A program made the position numbers and the translations under genes. A stretch of DNA of 64,000 nucleotides from Candidatus Latescibacterota bacterium (GTDB lineage Bacteria; Latescibacterota; UBA2968; UBA8231): the NCBI GenBank assembly GCA_965217585.1, contig OZ244561.1, forward strand, positions 5,344,001 through 5,408,000. The letters run 5' to 3'. Shown one piece after another: positions 38,476 to 48,500 of the stretch (position 1 is its first letter; the number at the start of each line of letters is the position of its first letter). The notes below the pieces were generated by a model. The model ran no database searches and was not told the DNA's origin. It was given only the letters and a program-made list of their open reading frames with translations.

Positions 38476-38504
38476 AATCTATTGGGGTCGAAAATGTTTG
38501 TCAA
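38476..38504 (-). promoter_or_regulatory. Sigma70 promoter upstream of zapA
   Basis: TTGACA-17 nt-TAGATT on the minus strand. Confidence 0.65.
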
Positions 38505-38695
38505 CTACATATTGGATATTTTTTTAGAAAAATGAAAAACAAGTTTTCATAAAAATGAGGAACTCGGCCAGTGCGGGAATTTGACGGCCCGTAGAGTGCG
38601 TTCTTAGTTATTGAGATGTCTCTACCAAGTGACCAAAGTGCGCACCAGTCCTCTTTAAGGCGAAGAAGAAGCGCACAATCGATCAATGCCTAAGA

Positions 38696-41551
38696 ATGGA
38701 TAGAAATACATTGGAGATGGCCTTGCAGCAGGCCATCCAAGGCGAAGTGCGCTTTGACGCTGTTTCGCGCATGCTCTACCGCACCGACGCCAGCATCTAC
38801 GAGATGGAGCCCCTAGGGCTGGTCGTGCCCAAAGACGAGGCCGATGTGGTCGCCGTGGTAAAAATTGCCGCCGAGCAGGGGGCGGCTGTATTGCCGCGGG
38901 GCGGCGGTACGAGTTTGGCGGGCCAGTCAGTGGGTGCCGCGGTCCATCTCGACTTTTCCAAATACATGAACCGGATCTTGGAGTTCGACCCGGACGAGTG
39001 CTGGGTTCGGGTCCAGCCAGGCTTGGTGCTCGATGAGCTCAATGCCTACTTGCAGCCCTACGGCCTGATTTTCGCGCCCGATGTATCCACGAGTAGCCGG
39101 GCCAATATCGGCGGGATGATCGGCAACAATTCTTGCGGTGCGCACTCTATTATATACGGCAAGACCATCGACCACGTACAGGAGCTAAAGGTGGTACTGG
39201 CCGATGGCTCGCAAGCGGTATTCGGGCCGCTAGACGACGAGGAGTGCGAACTCCGCGCGAGCTTGGACAGCCTCGAAGGTCGCATTTACCGCGAAGTTCG
39301 CCGCATCGTCCGCGAGCGCGAAACGCAGATCCGCACAGGCTTTCCCCAAGTGATGCGCCGCGTCTCGGGCTACAATCTCGACGAGTTCATCGACGGCGCT
39401 CCCTTTGACCTGAGCAAGCTGGTCGTCGGCTCGGAGGGCACGCTCTGCGCGGTCGTCGAAGCGCGGTTGAACTTAGTGGAGCTGCCCGCGCACAAGGGCT
39501 TGGTGGCCGTCCACTTCCACGACTTAGTCGAGGCCACGGAGGCCAATTTGGCCGCGTTGGAGACCTCGCCAGTCGCCAGCGAGCTGATGGACGACATCCT
39601 GCTCGACCAGACCAAGGACTCCAGCGAACACGCCCCGGGTCGCCGCTTTTTGCGGGGCGACCCAGCCGCCCTGCTCGTCGTCGAGTACTACGCGGACTCG
39701 GCCACCGAGCTGGGCCGCAAGCTGGACGGATTGGAAGAACGATTGCGGGAGCGCGGGATGGGCTACGCTTGGGTGCGGTCCGTCGATCCGGCAGACCAGC
39801 AGGCGATTTGGGGGATACGCAAGGCCGGATTGGGACTTTTGATGGGCATGAAGGGCGACCCCAAACCCCAGCCAGGGGTGGAGGATACCTGCGTCCCGGT
39901 GGCCAAGCTGCCCGAGTACGTCCGCCGGGTGGTCGCGCTGATGGCGGAATTGGGGATTGAGGCCGAATTCTATGGGCATGCGAGCGTCGGCCTGTTGCAC
40001 ATCCGGCCGATCTTCAACCTCAAAGCCCCCGAGGGTATAAAGCTCCTGCGCCAGATCGAGGAGCGGATGAGCGATATGGTGCGCGAATACGGCGGAGCCA
40101 TGTCGGGCGAGCACGGCGATGGCTTGGCCCGCAGCGAGTGGATCGCCAAGATGTTTGGCCCGGAGTTGGTCGCGGCTTTTGTCGAGGTTAAGGACGCCTT
40201 TGATCCACAGGGAATTATGAACCCCGGCAAAATCACTCGCCCCCCTCGGATGGACGAGAACCTGCGCTACCACGAGGATTATCAGACGCCCAAGGTGGAG
40301 ACGTTTTTCAGCTTTAGCGAGGCGGGCGGCTTTCAGGAAGCCGTTGAAATGTGCTCCGGGGTGGGCCACTGTCGCAAAAAGCTGGTGGGCACGATGTGCC
40401 CTTCGTACATGGCGACTTTAGACGAAGAACACACCACCCGCGGCCGGGCCAATGCCCTGCGCGCCGCGCTCGCCGGTACGTTGCCCGACGGCCTGCACAG
40501 CCAAGAGGTCCACCGCGTGATGGACCTCTGCTTGGAGTGCAAAGCCTGCAAGACCGAGTGCCCGTCGAGCGTGGATATGGCCAAGCTCAAGTACGAATTT
40601 CTCGCTCACTACCATCGCGAACACGGCTATCCGTTGCGGTCGCGGCTCTTTGCCGACATAGCCCGCATTAGCCGCTTGGGATCGGCGTTGGCACCGCTGT
40701 CGAATTGGATAGGTCGCAGCGGGTTCAACCGCTGGCTGTTGGATGCGTTTTTGGGCATTGACCGGCGGCGGCGGCTACCGGCCTTTGCCCGCCAGCCGTT
40801 TTCGCGCTGGTTCGCCGGGCGGCGTCCGGCTCGCGGCTCCAAGGGCCGCGTCGTGCTCTTCAACGACACCTTCGTCGAGTACAACGAGCCGGCCATTGGC
40901 ATGGCGGCGACGATCATCTTGGAGCGCACCGGGTACGAGGTTGCCTTGGTCGCCAACAAGGTATGTTGCGGTCGGCCGCTCATATCCAAGGGCTTTCTCG
41001 ACCGCGCTCGTGCCTTGGCACAGCGCAATGTGGAGGTGCTCGCGCCTTGGGCTGCGGAAGGGGTGCCGATCATCGGGCTGGAGCCGAGCTGCGCGTCGGC
41101 TCTCAGCGACGATTACCTAGACTTAGTTGACGATCCACAAAGCCGACTCGTGGCTGAGCAGGTCGTCTTGCTCGAGGACTTTCTCGTCCGCGAGTCTCCG
41201 CTAGATTTGGAGTTTACCTCGACTATCCGCCATATTTTGGTGCATGGCCACTGCCATCAAAAGGCCCTGACGGGAACGGCCGCGACATTGGCCGTGCTCA
41301 ACATGCCGCCCTACTTTCGCGCCGAGGAGATCCCGTCGGGTTGCTGTGGTATGGCCGGTAGTTTCGGCTATGAGAAGGAGCACTTTGAAATATCGCGCGC
41401 GGTGGGGCAGGAGCGGCTTTTTGCCGTGCTAGAAGCGGCAGCGGAGGACGTGGAGATCGCGGCTGTAGGCACCTCGTGCCGCCACCAGATTGCCGATTTT
41501 ACCGGGCGTCGGGCGCGACATTGGGCCGAGATTTTCGTCGAAGCACTATAA
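38696..41551 (+). CDS. FAD-binding and Fe-S-binding oxidoreductase (GlcD/GlcF fusion, YdiJ-like 2-hydroxyacid dehydrogenase)
   Basis: PRGGGTSLAGQ, GSEGTL, SGEHGDG, CLECKACKTECPS and CCG domains. Confidence 0.9.
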   Translation: MDRNTLEMALQQAIQGEVRFDAVSRMLYRTDASIYEMEPLGLVVPKDEADVVAVVKIAAEQGAAVLPRGGGTSLAGQSVGAAVHLDFSKYMNRILEFDPDECWVRVQPGLVLDELNAYLQPYGLIFAPDVSTSSRANIGGMIGNNSCGAHSIIYGKTIDHVQELKVVLADGSQAVFGPLDDEECELRASLDSLEGRIYREVRRIVRERETQIRTGFPQVMRRVSGYNLDEFIDGAPFDLSKLVVGSEGTLCAVVEARLNLVELPAHKGLVAVHFHDLVEATEANLAALETSPVASELMDDILLDQTKDSSEHAPGRRFLRGDPAALLVVEYYADSATELGRKLDGLEERLRERGMGYAWVRSVDPADQQAIWGIRKAGLGLLMGMKGDPKPQPGVEDTCVPVAKLPEYVRRVVALMAELGIEAEFYGHASVGLLHIRPIFNLKAPEGIKLLRQIEERMSDMVREYGGAMSGEHGDGLARSEWIAKMFGPELVAAFVEVKDAFDPQGIMNPGKITRPPRMDENLRYHEDYQTPKVETFFSFSEAGGFQEAVEMCSGVGHCRKKLVGTMCPSYMATLDEEHTTRGRANALRAALAGTLPDGLHSQEVHRVMDLCLECKACKTECPSSVDMAKLKYEFLAHYHREHGYPLRSRLFADIARISRLGSALAPLSNWIGRSGFNRWLLDAFLGIDRRRRLPAFARQPFSRWFAGRRPARGSKGRVVLFNDTFVEYNEPAIGMAATIILERTGYEVALVANKVCCGRPLISKGFLDRARALAQRNVEVLAPWAAEGVPIIGLEPSCASALSDDYLDLVDDPQSRLVAEQVVLLEDFLVRESPLDLEFTSTIRHILVHGHCHQKALTGTAATLAVLNMPPYFRAEEIPSGCCGMAGSFGYEKEHFEISRAVGQERLFAVLEAAAEDVEIAAVGTSCRHQIADFTGRRARHWAEIFVEAL

Positions 41552-41571
41552 CGCCAAGCGAAAGGGGTTCT

Positions 41572-42096
41572 ATGGCATTTAACGTCAAGCAACGCGGCCG
41601 ATTGACCTATTACTACAACGGGGATCACCCGACCTTATCGGCCTTGGTGACCGAGGCGCTGGACAACGGCGACTTGAAGATCTACTTCGCTGGTTTGACC
41701 GGCGGACATTCGGCGCAGGGGATCCTCGGCCGCGACGAGTTGGTGAGGATGACGCCCGCCGTTGAGGTCGAACTAGTCTTCCGCTGTTGGGAGAAATGGC
41801 TGCAGGAAGCCGGGATTTGCGACTCGATTGCCCAGATAGATTTTATCGAGGTGCACGCTTTCGGTGCCCAGCCCAAGGACGTCAACCCGCTGACCGATCC
41901 GCAGCGCTTTCACGAGGAACAACAGCGCATTTATCAGGAATACGCCCAAGCCTATAGCCGCTTTTTCCGCGACTGTATGCCCGACGCCGGGGTACCGGCC
42001 CGTTTCACGGTTCACGTAGTTGATTTCCCGGACAAAGCTGCTGCTTATGAATTCTACAGCGTGGGCCTGTATCAGAAGGCCCTGCACGGAGCCTGA
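41572..42096 (+). CDS. Hypothetical protein, possibly a divergent Rid/YjgF-like fold
   Basis: C-terminal YSRFF....PARFTVHVVDFP....YEFYSVG resembles Rid PART.V.V..LP....EI; ATG 41572 after AAGGGG. Confidence 0.5.
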   Translation: MAFNVKQRGRLTYYYNGDHPTLSALVTEALDNGDLKIYFAGLTGGHSAQGILGRDELVRMTPAVEVELVFRCWEKWLQEAGICDSIAQIDFIEVHAFGAQPKDVNPLTDPQRFHEEQQRIYQEYAQAYSRFFRDCMPDAGVPARFTVHVVDFPDKAAAYEFYSVGLYQKALHGA

Positions 42097-42099
42097 GCC

Positions 42100-42321
42100 A
42101 TGCCGATTTTTGAATACGCCTGCAAGGAGTGCGGCGCGGAGTTCGACGCGCTCATACAAGGGGCGGCTAGGCCCGCTTGCCCGTCTTGTGAGAGCGTGCG
42201 GTTAGAGAAGAAGCTGTCGAGTTTTGCCGTTGCCGGCCGCGCCGCCAGCGAGCGCGAGCCAATAGGGCCGTGTGGAACCTGCGGCGATCCACGCGGTGCT
42301 GGTGCCTGTGCCCTCGACTAA
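42100..42321 (+). CDS. FmdB-family zinc-ribbon protein
   Basis: MPIFEYACKECG..F.......CPSCES..LEKKLSSF with a Cys-rich tail. Confidence 0.85.
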   Translation: MPIFEYACKECGAEFDALIQGAARPACPSCESVRLEKKLSSFAVAGRAASEREPIGPCGTCGDPRGAGACALD

Positions 42322-42334
42322 TTGAGGAGGAGCT

Positions 42335-43597
42335 ATGGCTGTGACGCAAATCGAGCTGCCCTTTGGCGACTCCCACCTGCAAGTCACCGTGCCTAGTGAG
42401 CACCTGCTAGGCATCGTTCTGCCGAGAGCAGAACAATGCGGCGACGGCGCGGAGCACGCGTTGGTGCGGGATGCGCTGGACCGGCCCGTGGGCACGCCGG
42501 CATTGCGCGCGTTGGTGCGGCCCGGTCAGCAGGTCGCGATTGTCGTCAGCGATATGACCCGGCCCTGCCCAACGGATCGCCTGTTGTCGCCGGTGCTGGA
42601 GGAACTCGCCGCGGCCGGTGTGCCGGACGCCGACGTGACCGTGGTCGTGGCCTTGGGACTGCACCGAGCGCAGACCGCAGCCGAACTGGCCGCTTTAGTG
42701 GGGCCGGCGGTCTATGCTCGGGTGCGGGTCGTGAACCACGATCCAAAAGACGTGGTGCGGCTAGGCGTCACCGCCCGAGGTACGCCCGTGGAACTCTTCC
42801 GTCCCTTGGTAGAGGCCGATGTGCGGATCTGTTTGGGTAACTTGGAGTTTCACTACTTCGCCGGCTTTTCGGGCGGGGCCAAGGCGATCTTGCCCGGCTG
42901 TGCCTCCCCTAGCGCCATAGCGGCCAACCACGGCTTGATGGCCCGGCCCGGCGCGGAGACCGGGCGGCTCGTGGGCAATCCGGTGCGGGAAGATTTAGAA
43001 GAAGGGGCGGCCATGTTGGGGATTGACTTCATCCTCAATGTGATCGTCGACGATCGCCACCGCATTGTCGCCGCCTTTGCCGGGCACGTGCGGGAGGCCC
43101 ACCGCAAAGGGTGCGAGCGAGTGGCCGAGCGCGGGGCCGTGCCCATTGCGCGATGCGCTGATATCGTCCTCGTCAGCGCGGGCGGCTATCCGCTGGATGT
43201 CAATATGTACCAAGCGCAAAAGGCCCTCGACAACGCCGTGCATGCCGTGCGCGAAGGAGGCGTCATCGTCTGGGTGGCTGAATGCCGAGAGGGACTGGGC
43301 AGTGCTACCTTTGCCTCTTGGTTGCAGGAGGCGGATTCGGCCGACGGGATTCTCGCACGCATAGAGCGGGAATTCGTCTTGGGCGGGCACAAGGCCGCAG
43401 CCATTGCCGCGGTGCTGAAAAAGGCCCGCGTGCATTTGGTCTCATCGCTGCCGGCCGAGGCCATCGGCCGCGTCGGTTTAGTGCCCTTTGACGACCTAGA
43501 CCAAGCTGTGGCGGCCGCGCACGAGGTAGTCGGCCCCGAGGCCCGGGTCTGGGCGCTGCCCTATGGAGATTCGGTGTTGCCGCAGGCCGCAGCCTAG
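42335..43597 (+). CDS. larA: Nickel-pincer-dependent lactate racemase family protein
   Basis: SDMTRP, LGLHR, VNHD, HYFAGFSGGAKAILPG, ANH, YQAQKA, GGHKA. Confidence 0.88.
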   Translation: MAVTQIELPFGDSHLQVTVPSEHLLGIVLPRAEQCGDGAEHALVRDALDRPVGTPALRALVRPGQQVAIVVSDMTRPCPTDRLLSPVLEELAAAGVPDADVTVVVALGLHRAQTAAELAALVGPAVYARVRVVNHDPKDVVRLGVTARGTPVELFRPLVEADVRICLGNLEFHYFAGFSGGAKAILPGCASPSAIAANHGLMARPGAETGRLVGNPVREDLEEGAAMLGIDFILNVIVDDRHRIVAAFAGHVREAHRKGCERVAERGAVPIARCADIVLVSAGGYPLDVNMYQAQKALDNAVHAVREGGVIVWVAECREGLGSATFASWLQEADSADGILARIEREFVLGGHKAAAIAAVLKKARVHLVSSLPAEAIGRVGLVPFDDLDQAVAAAHEVVGPEARVWALPYGDSVLPQAAA

Positions 43598-44499
43598 GGC
43601 TTTTCACCGGCAAACAAATCGAGCTGTTCGATCTCCTCGTCGGCAAATCCCCCCAACCCTATGCCGAGCAGGCGCGTGCCCAAGTCGCCGGCCTCTGTGT
43701 CCTCTAACAGCTCGCAGGCAGCCGCGAAGATGGCTTGGGCGCGGTCGGTAAAGGCGGCTAAGCGCGATGTGCGCGTCGCGGTACGAAAATCTGGGTAGCG
43801 CACCTGTAGGCTCACGTCGCGCGCTTGCAGTCCTCTGCGCTGCAAACGCCCACAGAGCGCAGCGGCCAACTCGCGCAAGGCCTCGCGCATTTCTTCGCGG
43901 GTGTACATCGGGGTGGCAAAGGAGGTTTCCTCGCGGATTTGGCTAAGCTGCTCGGCCAGGGCGACCGAGTCGTCGTCCCGGCCTTGGGCAAGGTGCCAAA
44001 AGCTACTACCCCGCTGGCCAAAGTGGCGCACGAGTTCGTTCAGCGACACTTGAGCCAGCGAGCCGACGCGCTCTATTTGCATAGCCGCGAGTTGCTGGCG
44101 CGTAATGGCCCCCACGCCGGGGAGCTGGTCGATGGGCACGTCGGCGAGGAAATCTCCTATCTGTTCGGGCAGCACGACCGTTAGGCCATCGGGCCGCTGG
44201 CGCTCCATAGCCAGCCGCGCCAAGAACTTGCTAGGTGCCAACCCCACGGAAACGCTCCAACCTAGCTGCCGCTTGATATCGCTCTTGATCATCTTGGCGA
44301 CACGCATTCCGAAGGGGATGTCGAGCTTATTGTCGGTGACGTCGAGGATGGCGTAGCCGTCGCCCCATTCGATCCAATCGGTGTATTCGCGCAGGAGCAC
44401 GGCGAATTTGGAGCAAGCCTGGGTGTCGCGGCTAGGCGGGCCGCTATCGACTCCAATGTGAACTATCTTGCGGCGTCCGCCAGCCCTAGTGGGACTCAT
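43594..44499 (-). CDS. Catalytically inactive DinB/Pol IV-like protein lacking the fingers domain
   Basis: Palm (SVGLAPSKFLA..RPDG), thumb (LPGVG) and little finger are present with C-terminal EQLDLF; HVDMD reads HIGVD and SLDEA reads GDGYA. Confidence 0.8.
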   Translation of the reverse strand: MSPTRAGGRRKIVHIGVDSGPPSRDTQACSKFAVLLREYTDWIEWGDGYAILDVTDNKLDIPFGMRVAKMIKSDIKRQLGWSVSVGLAPSKFLARLAMERQRPDGLTVVLPEQIGDFLADVPIDQLPGVGAITRQQLAAMQIERVGSLAQVSLNELVRHFGQRGSSFWHLAQGRDDDSVALAEQLSQIREETSFATPMYTREEMREALRELAAALCGRLQRRGLQARDVSLQVRYPDFRTATRTSRLAAFTDRAQAIFAAACELLEDTEAGDLGTRLLGIGLGGFADEEIEQLDLFAGEKP

Positions 44500-45451
44500 G
44501 CGACAAAAAAGGCAGGGAAACTACGGTGGCCTGTGCTCCGTCCGCGTCTAGCGCAGTGCCCTCGGCGCAAGCGCTCCGCCGCACATAGGCGAGGGCGATC
44601 GGGCCGAGGCTTGGGGAATGGACCGCAGAAGTGATGCGCCCTACTTCGCGCACTCCATCGCGCAGCGGTTGCCCCGTTGGCGGCAGCTCGGCGGCGGAAA
44701 GCCGCAGCCCCACTAGATGCTGCTTGACTTTGTCGTAGGTGTCTAGGCGAGCGATGACTTCTTGGCCGATATAGCAGCCTTTGTCTAGATGAATGGCGCG
44801 ACCAAGCCCTGCTTCCCAGGGGTTGTAATCTTGGGTCAGTTCTCGCCCGCGCAGGGGAAGACCCTGTTCGACGCGCAGAATTTCCCAGGTCGCCGCCCCT
44901 ATTGGACGAGCACCTGCGGCGGCAAGGCGTTGCCAAAGGGCCGCTACGGCTGCGGGCGGCCCGAAGGTGCGCAGCCCCGGCCCGGCCGTCCGCGCCAGCC
45001 ACAGGCCGTCCGCGACCTGTGGGTCGAGTAGCTGGTGATCCTGAAGTTTTGCCAGATCCGCGTCCAATACGCGGGCGACTAGCTGGGTGGCGTGTGGGCC
45101 GACGAGTTCGAACATGGCCGTCTCGTCTGTGCGGTCTGCCAATTCGAGAGCCTCGGCAAAGATAAAGCGGTCCAGCCAAGCGGGGATCGCAGTGCGCGAA
45201 TCGGGACTGAGGATCAAGGCGGTGACGTCCGGGCCGCGATAGCAGGTGGCGAGGTCGAGAATCCGCGCCCGCTGTTCGATAAAAACGGCTTCGAGGCCGT
45301 GCCCTAGTTGCAGGTTATGGAAGTCGTTGGAGGTCATGCGGTGCAGGAAATCGAGATGGTCGGCACCGCGCGTGTACAAGCGAAACGAGGCTTGCGCGTC
45401 GCGTAGGGCCGCGCTGGCGCGGGCGGCGTGGTATTCGTCGTAATGGGTCAT
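44486..45451 (-). CDS. YgfZ/GcvT-family folate-binding protein
   Basis: KGCYIGQEVIAR signature of YgfZ. Confidence 0.88.
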   Translation of the reverse strand: MTHYDEYHAARASAALRDAQASFRLYTRGADHLDFLHRMTSNDFHNLQLGHGLEAVFIEQRARILDLATCYRGPDVTALILSPDSRTAIPAWLDRFIFAEALELADRTDETAMFELVGPHATQLVARVLDADLAKLQDHQLLDPQVADGLWLARTAGPGLRTFGPPAAVAALWQRLAAAGARPIGAATWEILRVEQGLPLRGRELTQDYNPWEAGLGRAIHLDKGCYIGQEVIARLDTYDKVKQHLVGLRLSAAELPPTGQPLRDGVREVGRITSAVHSPSLGPIALAYVRRSACAEGTALDADGAQATVVSLPFLSHESH

Positions 45452-45464
45452 AACGGGCAAGAGG

Positions 45465-48400
45465 CTAGGCGTGCTGCGTCACGGAGAAACGCGAGCCTAA
45501 GTCGGGGTGTTTGGCGACCTCTATTTGCACCGGGAAGGTCGCCTTGAGCTGGTCGAGATGCGTGACGATTAACACCTTTTTGAAATCCTCGCTGATTTTT
45601 TGGATGGCTTCGATGAGTTGCTCCAGCCCCTGCTCATCTTGGGTCCCGAAGCCCTCGTCGATAAAGAGGGTGTGGAGGCGGGTGCCCGAGCGCATGGCCA
45701 GCACCTTGGAAAGCGCGATGCGCAAGGCGAAATTGGTGCGGAATGCCTCGCCCCCAGAATAGAGGTGATAGGAGCGCTCGCCGACCTCGTCGGCGATTTT
45801 GACGTCGAGGGTTTCGCGGGTGCCGCCTTTTTTGAGGTCGCGCAGCGACTCAAAGGCGATTTGGATGCGGTTGTCTGTCAGGCGTGCGAGGATGGCGTTG
45901 GCCTCGTCGGCGATCTGCGGCACGGCGTTTTCAATGATCAGCGCTTGGATCCCATCCTTGCCGAATGCCTTGTCGAGCTGTTGGTAGATCCAGGCCTGTC
46001 GCTGGGTGCCTTGCAGGTCTTGGCGCAACGCGTCCCGTTCCAGCGCTAGTTCGGCGCAGCGCGAGCACAAGGCCTCTAGGTTGCCTCGGCGCTGGAGGAG
46101 TTGATCCCTTTCGACCCGCAGCTTTTCCAAGAGGGCTTGGTTTTCGCCGAGTTGCCTATCGACGTCTTCTAACTCGCCGGCCCGCTTGTCTAATCTTTCC
46201 TGTTCTTTTTTCGCGGCCTGCAATTGTTCCGCTAGAGAGGAGGCTTCGGCCTCGTAGCGCACCCGCGATTCACTGGCCGAAGCACGGCGTTCGCGGGCGT
46301 TTTGCAGGCGCTCGAATTGCCGCGCGCTGTCGCGCAGGTCGTCCTGTTGGTGGCGTAGCTGCTGGTGCTCGGCACCATTGTAACCCAAGGCTGCGAGCTG
46401 GTGCTCGACTTGGCCGAGTTGTTCCCGTTCCTCTTGGGCATAGCGGGCCTCGGCGAGTTGGCGGTCTGCTTGGTCGAGTTGGTTCTGGGCTTCGGCCCGA
46501 TCGCTGTTGAGGCGCTCGGCTTGGCTTTTGGCGTCCTGCAAGCGGGCGTGCTCGGCCTCGACCGGGCGCAACTCGGCGAGCTTTTGGCGCAGCGCCTCGT
46601 GCTCGGCGCTGCTGTAGCCCAATAGCTCTATTTCCCCGGCTAGCTTGTGCAGGCGTTCGCGTTCGCTGGGAGCGTATGATTGGTCGCTGAGTTCGCGGTC
46701 GAGGGCGGCTAGTTGCTCAGCTAGCGACTGGGCCCCAGCGGCCGATTCCCGCAATTGCCCGAGACGAGCTTCCCCGGCGGCCAGTTCTTGATGCACCTGC
46801 TGGAGGGGCGCGATTTCCTCTCCAAGGGCCCTGTAGTGCGTGCGCATCTTTTGCAACAGGTCGTCGAGAGTGGCCAGCTCGCTGCCGAGAACGGCGATGC
46901 GCTCTTGGCGGCGTTCTTCCCGTTGCGAGAGTTCTGCCGCGACCTGCTGGCGATGTTCGGCGTCGAGTGCGCTGCCGCACAATGGGCAATTGGCGTCGTC
47001 GGAACCGGCCAAGGCCTGAGCCTGCTGGCGCTCGTTGGCCAATTCTTCTTCTTCGGCGCGGAGTTTTTGCTGCCGCTCGGTGATCTGGGCATTGAGATCT
47101 CGGCCCTCGTCCTCGAGGCGGTTCCGTTCTTCGACTTTGGCCTGCAATTGGGTCCGTTGCGCTTGCAACTGGTGGATGTGAGCTGCTAGGGTTTCCCCCT
47201 CGGCGCTGGCTCGTTCTAACTGCGCCAATTGCTTGGCTAGTGCTTGGCGCTGGCTTTTGCGGCGCTCTTCTGCGAGAGATAGTTCGTGTTCGAGGCGACG
47301 GCGCTCGCGGAGGAGATCCTCGTAGCGAATCCGCGCCTGCTCTAGGGCTTGGGCCTGCTCGCTAATGGTTTTGAATTGGACGTAGCGGATGGCGATGGTC
47401 TGTTCCCGATTGAGCAAGGCTTGGTGCTCGGCGAGCTGGCGCTGTCGCTCGCCGAGGGTGGCCGCCCAGCGCTCTTGCTGTCGCTCCACTTCTTGGCGCA
47501 CCTGGGCGATTCGCTCTTCTAGCTGGCGGCGGCGGGCCTCTAACTCGCCGTGCTCCTGAGCTTTTTGTTCGATTAGGCCGATTTGAGTGCGAAGCTGGTC
47601 GTAGGTCGCAAAGTCCCGCTCGATGGATTCGGTGGCCGCTAGAATTTCGCCGTCTTGGCGCTGCTGCTCCCGCAGGTTTTCGAGTTCGGCGGAGACCTGT
47701 TGCGCCCGCTCGGCAACGCGCTGCTGCTCCCTCACTAGCTCGGAGACACGCTGGCGGATCTGCGCTAGCTCTAGGCGCTGGGCCTCCAACTCGGCTTGCT
47801 CTTTTTCACGGCTGCTGATTTCGCGGCCGAGTAGAGCGAGGTGATCATCGACGGCGCGCAGCTCGGCTTCGTAGCCTTCTCGCCTAGCCAATTCGGTATC
47901 GAGTTCACCGAGGCGAGTTTGCTGAGCCTCGCTCTGGCGCTGGTGCTCTTGATAGCGGACCCGGGCCATGCCTTGGAGCTGGTCGTAGCGCCCCAAGCCG
48001 AGGATGCGACCGAGTACCTCCTTGCGCTGCCTGGCGTTTTTCTGGGTGAACTCGTCGGCGCGCCCTTGGACGATGAAGGCCGAGTTGACGAAGGTGTCGT
48101 AGTCCATGGATAGGAGCTCGTTGATGCGCCGCTGGGTGGGATTAATGCCCTCGCCTTCGCTGAGAGTGCGGAAGACGCCGTCGCTTTCTACTTGCAGGTC
48201 TAGGGCCGGGACGCCTCGCTTGGTGCGGCGCCAATTGCGGATGACGCGGAAGTGCTTTTCGCCGAGGGCGAAGTCGAAGTCGACCCGCATCTCTCTGGCT
48301 CCGATCCGACACAGTTCTTCGTCGCTGCGGCTTTTGCGAGCTTGGCCCCACAGGGCGTAGGTAATCCCGTCGAGCAGGGCGGATTTGCCGTGGCCGTTGC

Positions 48401-48500
48401 CGCCTGTGAGGCAGGCGACGTGGAACTGGGTAAAGTCGAGTGGTGGCACCTCCTCGCCGTAGCTGAGAAAGTTGCGCAGCGAAAGGGAGAGAGGGATCAT
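45465..48500 (-). CDS. sbcC: SbcC/Rad50 SMC-like ATPase
   Basis: Walker A GGNGHGKS, coiled coil with CPLC zinc hook, YSGGE, LFIDEGFGTQD. Confidence 0.92.
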   Translation of the reverse strand: MIPLSLSLRNFLSYGEEVPPLDFTQFHVACLTGGNGHGKSALLDGITYALWGQARKSRSDEELCRIGAREMRVDFDFALGEKHFRVIRNWRRTKRGVPALDLQVESDGVFRTLSEGEGINPTQRRINELLSMDYDTFVNSAFIVQGRADEFTQKNARQRKEVLGRILGLGRYDQLQGMARVRYQEHQRQSEAQQTRLGELDTELARREGYEAELRAVDDHLALLGREISSREKEQAELEAQRLELAQIRQRVSELVREQQRVAERAQQVSAELENLREQQRQDGEILAATESIERDFATYDQLRTQIGLIEQKAQEHGELEARRRQLEERIAQVRQEVERQQERWAATLGERQRQLAEHQALLNREQTIAIRYVQFKTISEQAQALEQARIRYEDLLRERRRLEHELSLAEERRKSQRQALAKQLAQLERASAEGETLAAHIHQLQAQRTQLQAKVEERNRLEDEGRDLNAQITERQQKLRAEEEELANERQQAQALAGSDDANCPLCGSALDAEHRQQVAAELSQREERRQERIAVLGSELATLDDLLQKMRTHYRALGEEIAPLQQVHQELAAGEARLGQLRESAAGAQSLAEQLAALDRELSDQSYAPSERERLHKLAGEIELLGYSSAEHEALRQKLAELRPVEAEHARLQDAKSQAERLNSDRAEAQNQLDQADRQLAEARYAQEEREQLGQVEHQLAALGYNGAEHQQLRHQQDDLRDSARQFERLQNARERRASASESRVRYEAEASSLAEQLQAAKKEQERLDKRAGELEDVDRQLGENQALLEKLRVERDQLLQRRGNLEALCSRCAELALERDALRQDLQGTQRQAWIYQQLDKAFGKDGIQALIIENAVPQIADEANAILARLTDNRIQIAFESLRDLKKGGTRETLDVKIADEVGERSYHLYSGGEAFRTNFALRIALSKVLAMRSGTRLHTLFIDEGFGTQDEQGLEQLIEAIQKISEDFKKVLIVTHLDQLKATFPVQIEVAKHPDLGSRFSVTQHA

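Noticed and set aside
38044-38695. 6S RNA next to zapA
   Set aside because: zapA abuts the convergent sulP gene, and no long rod-like structure is evident upstream
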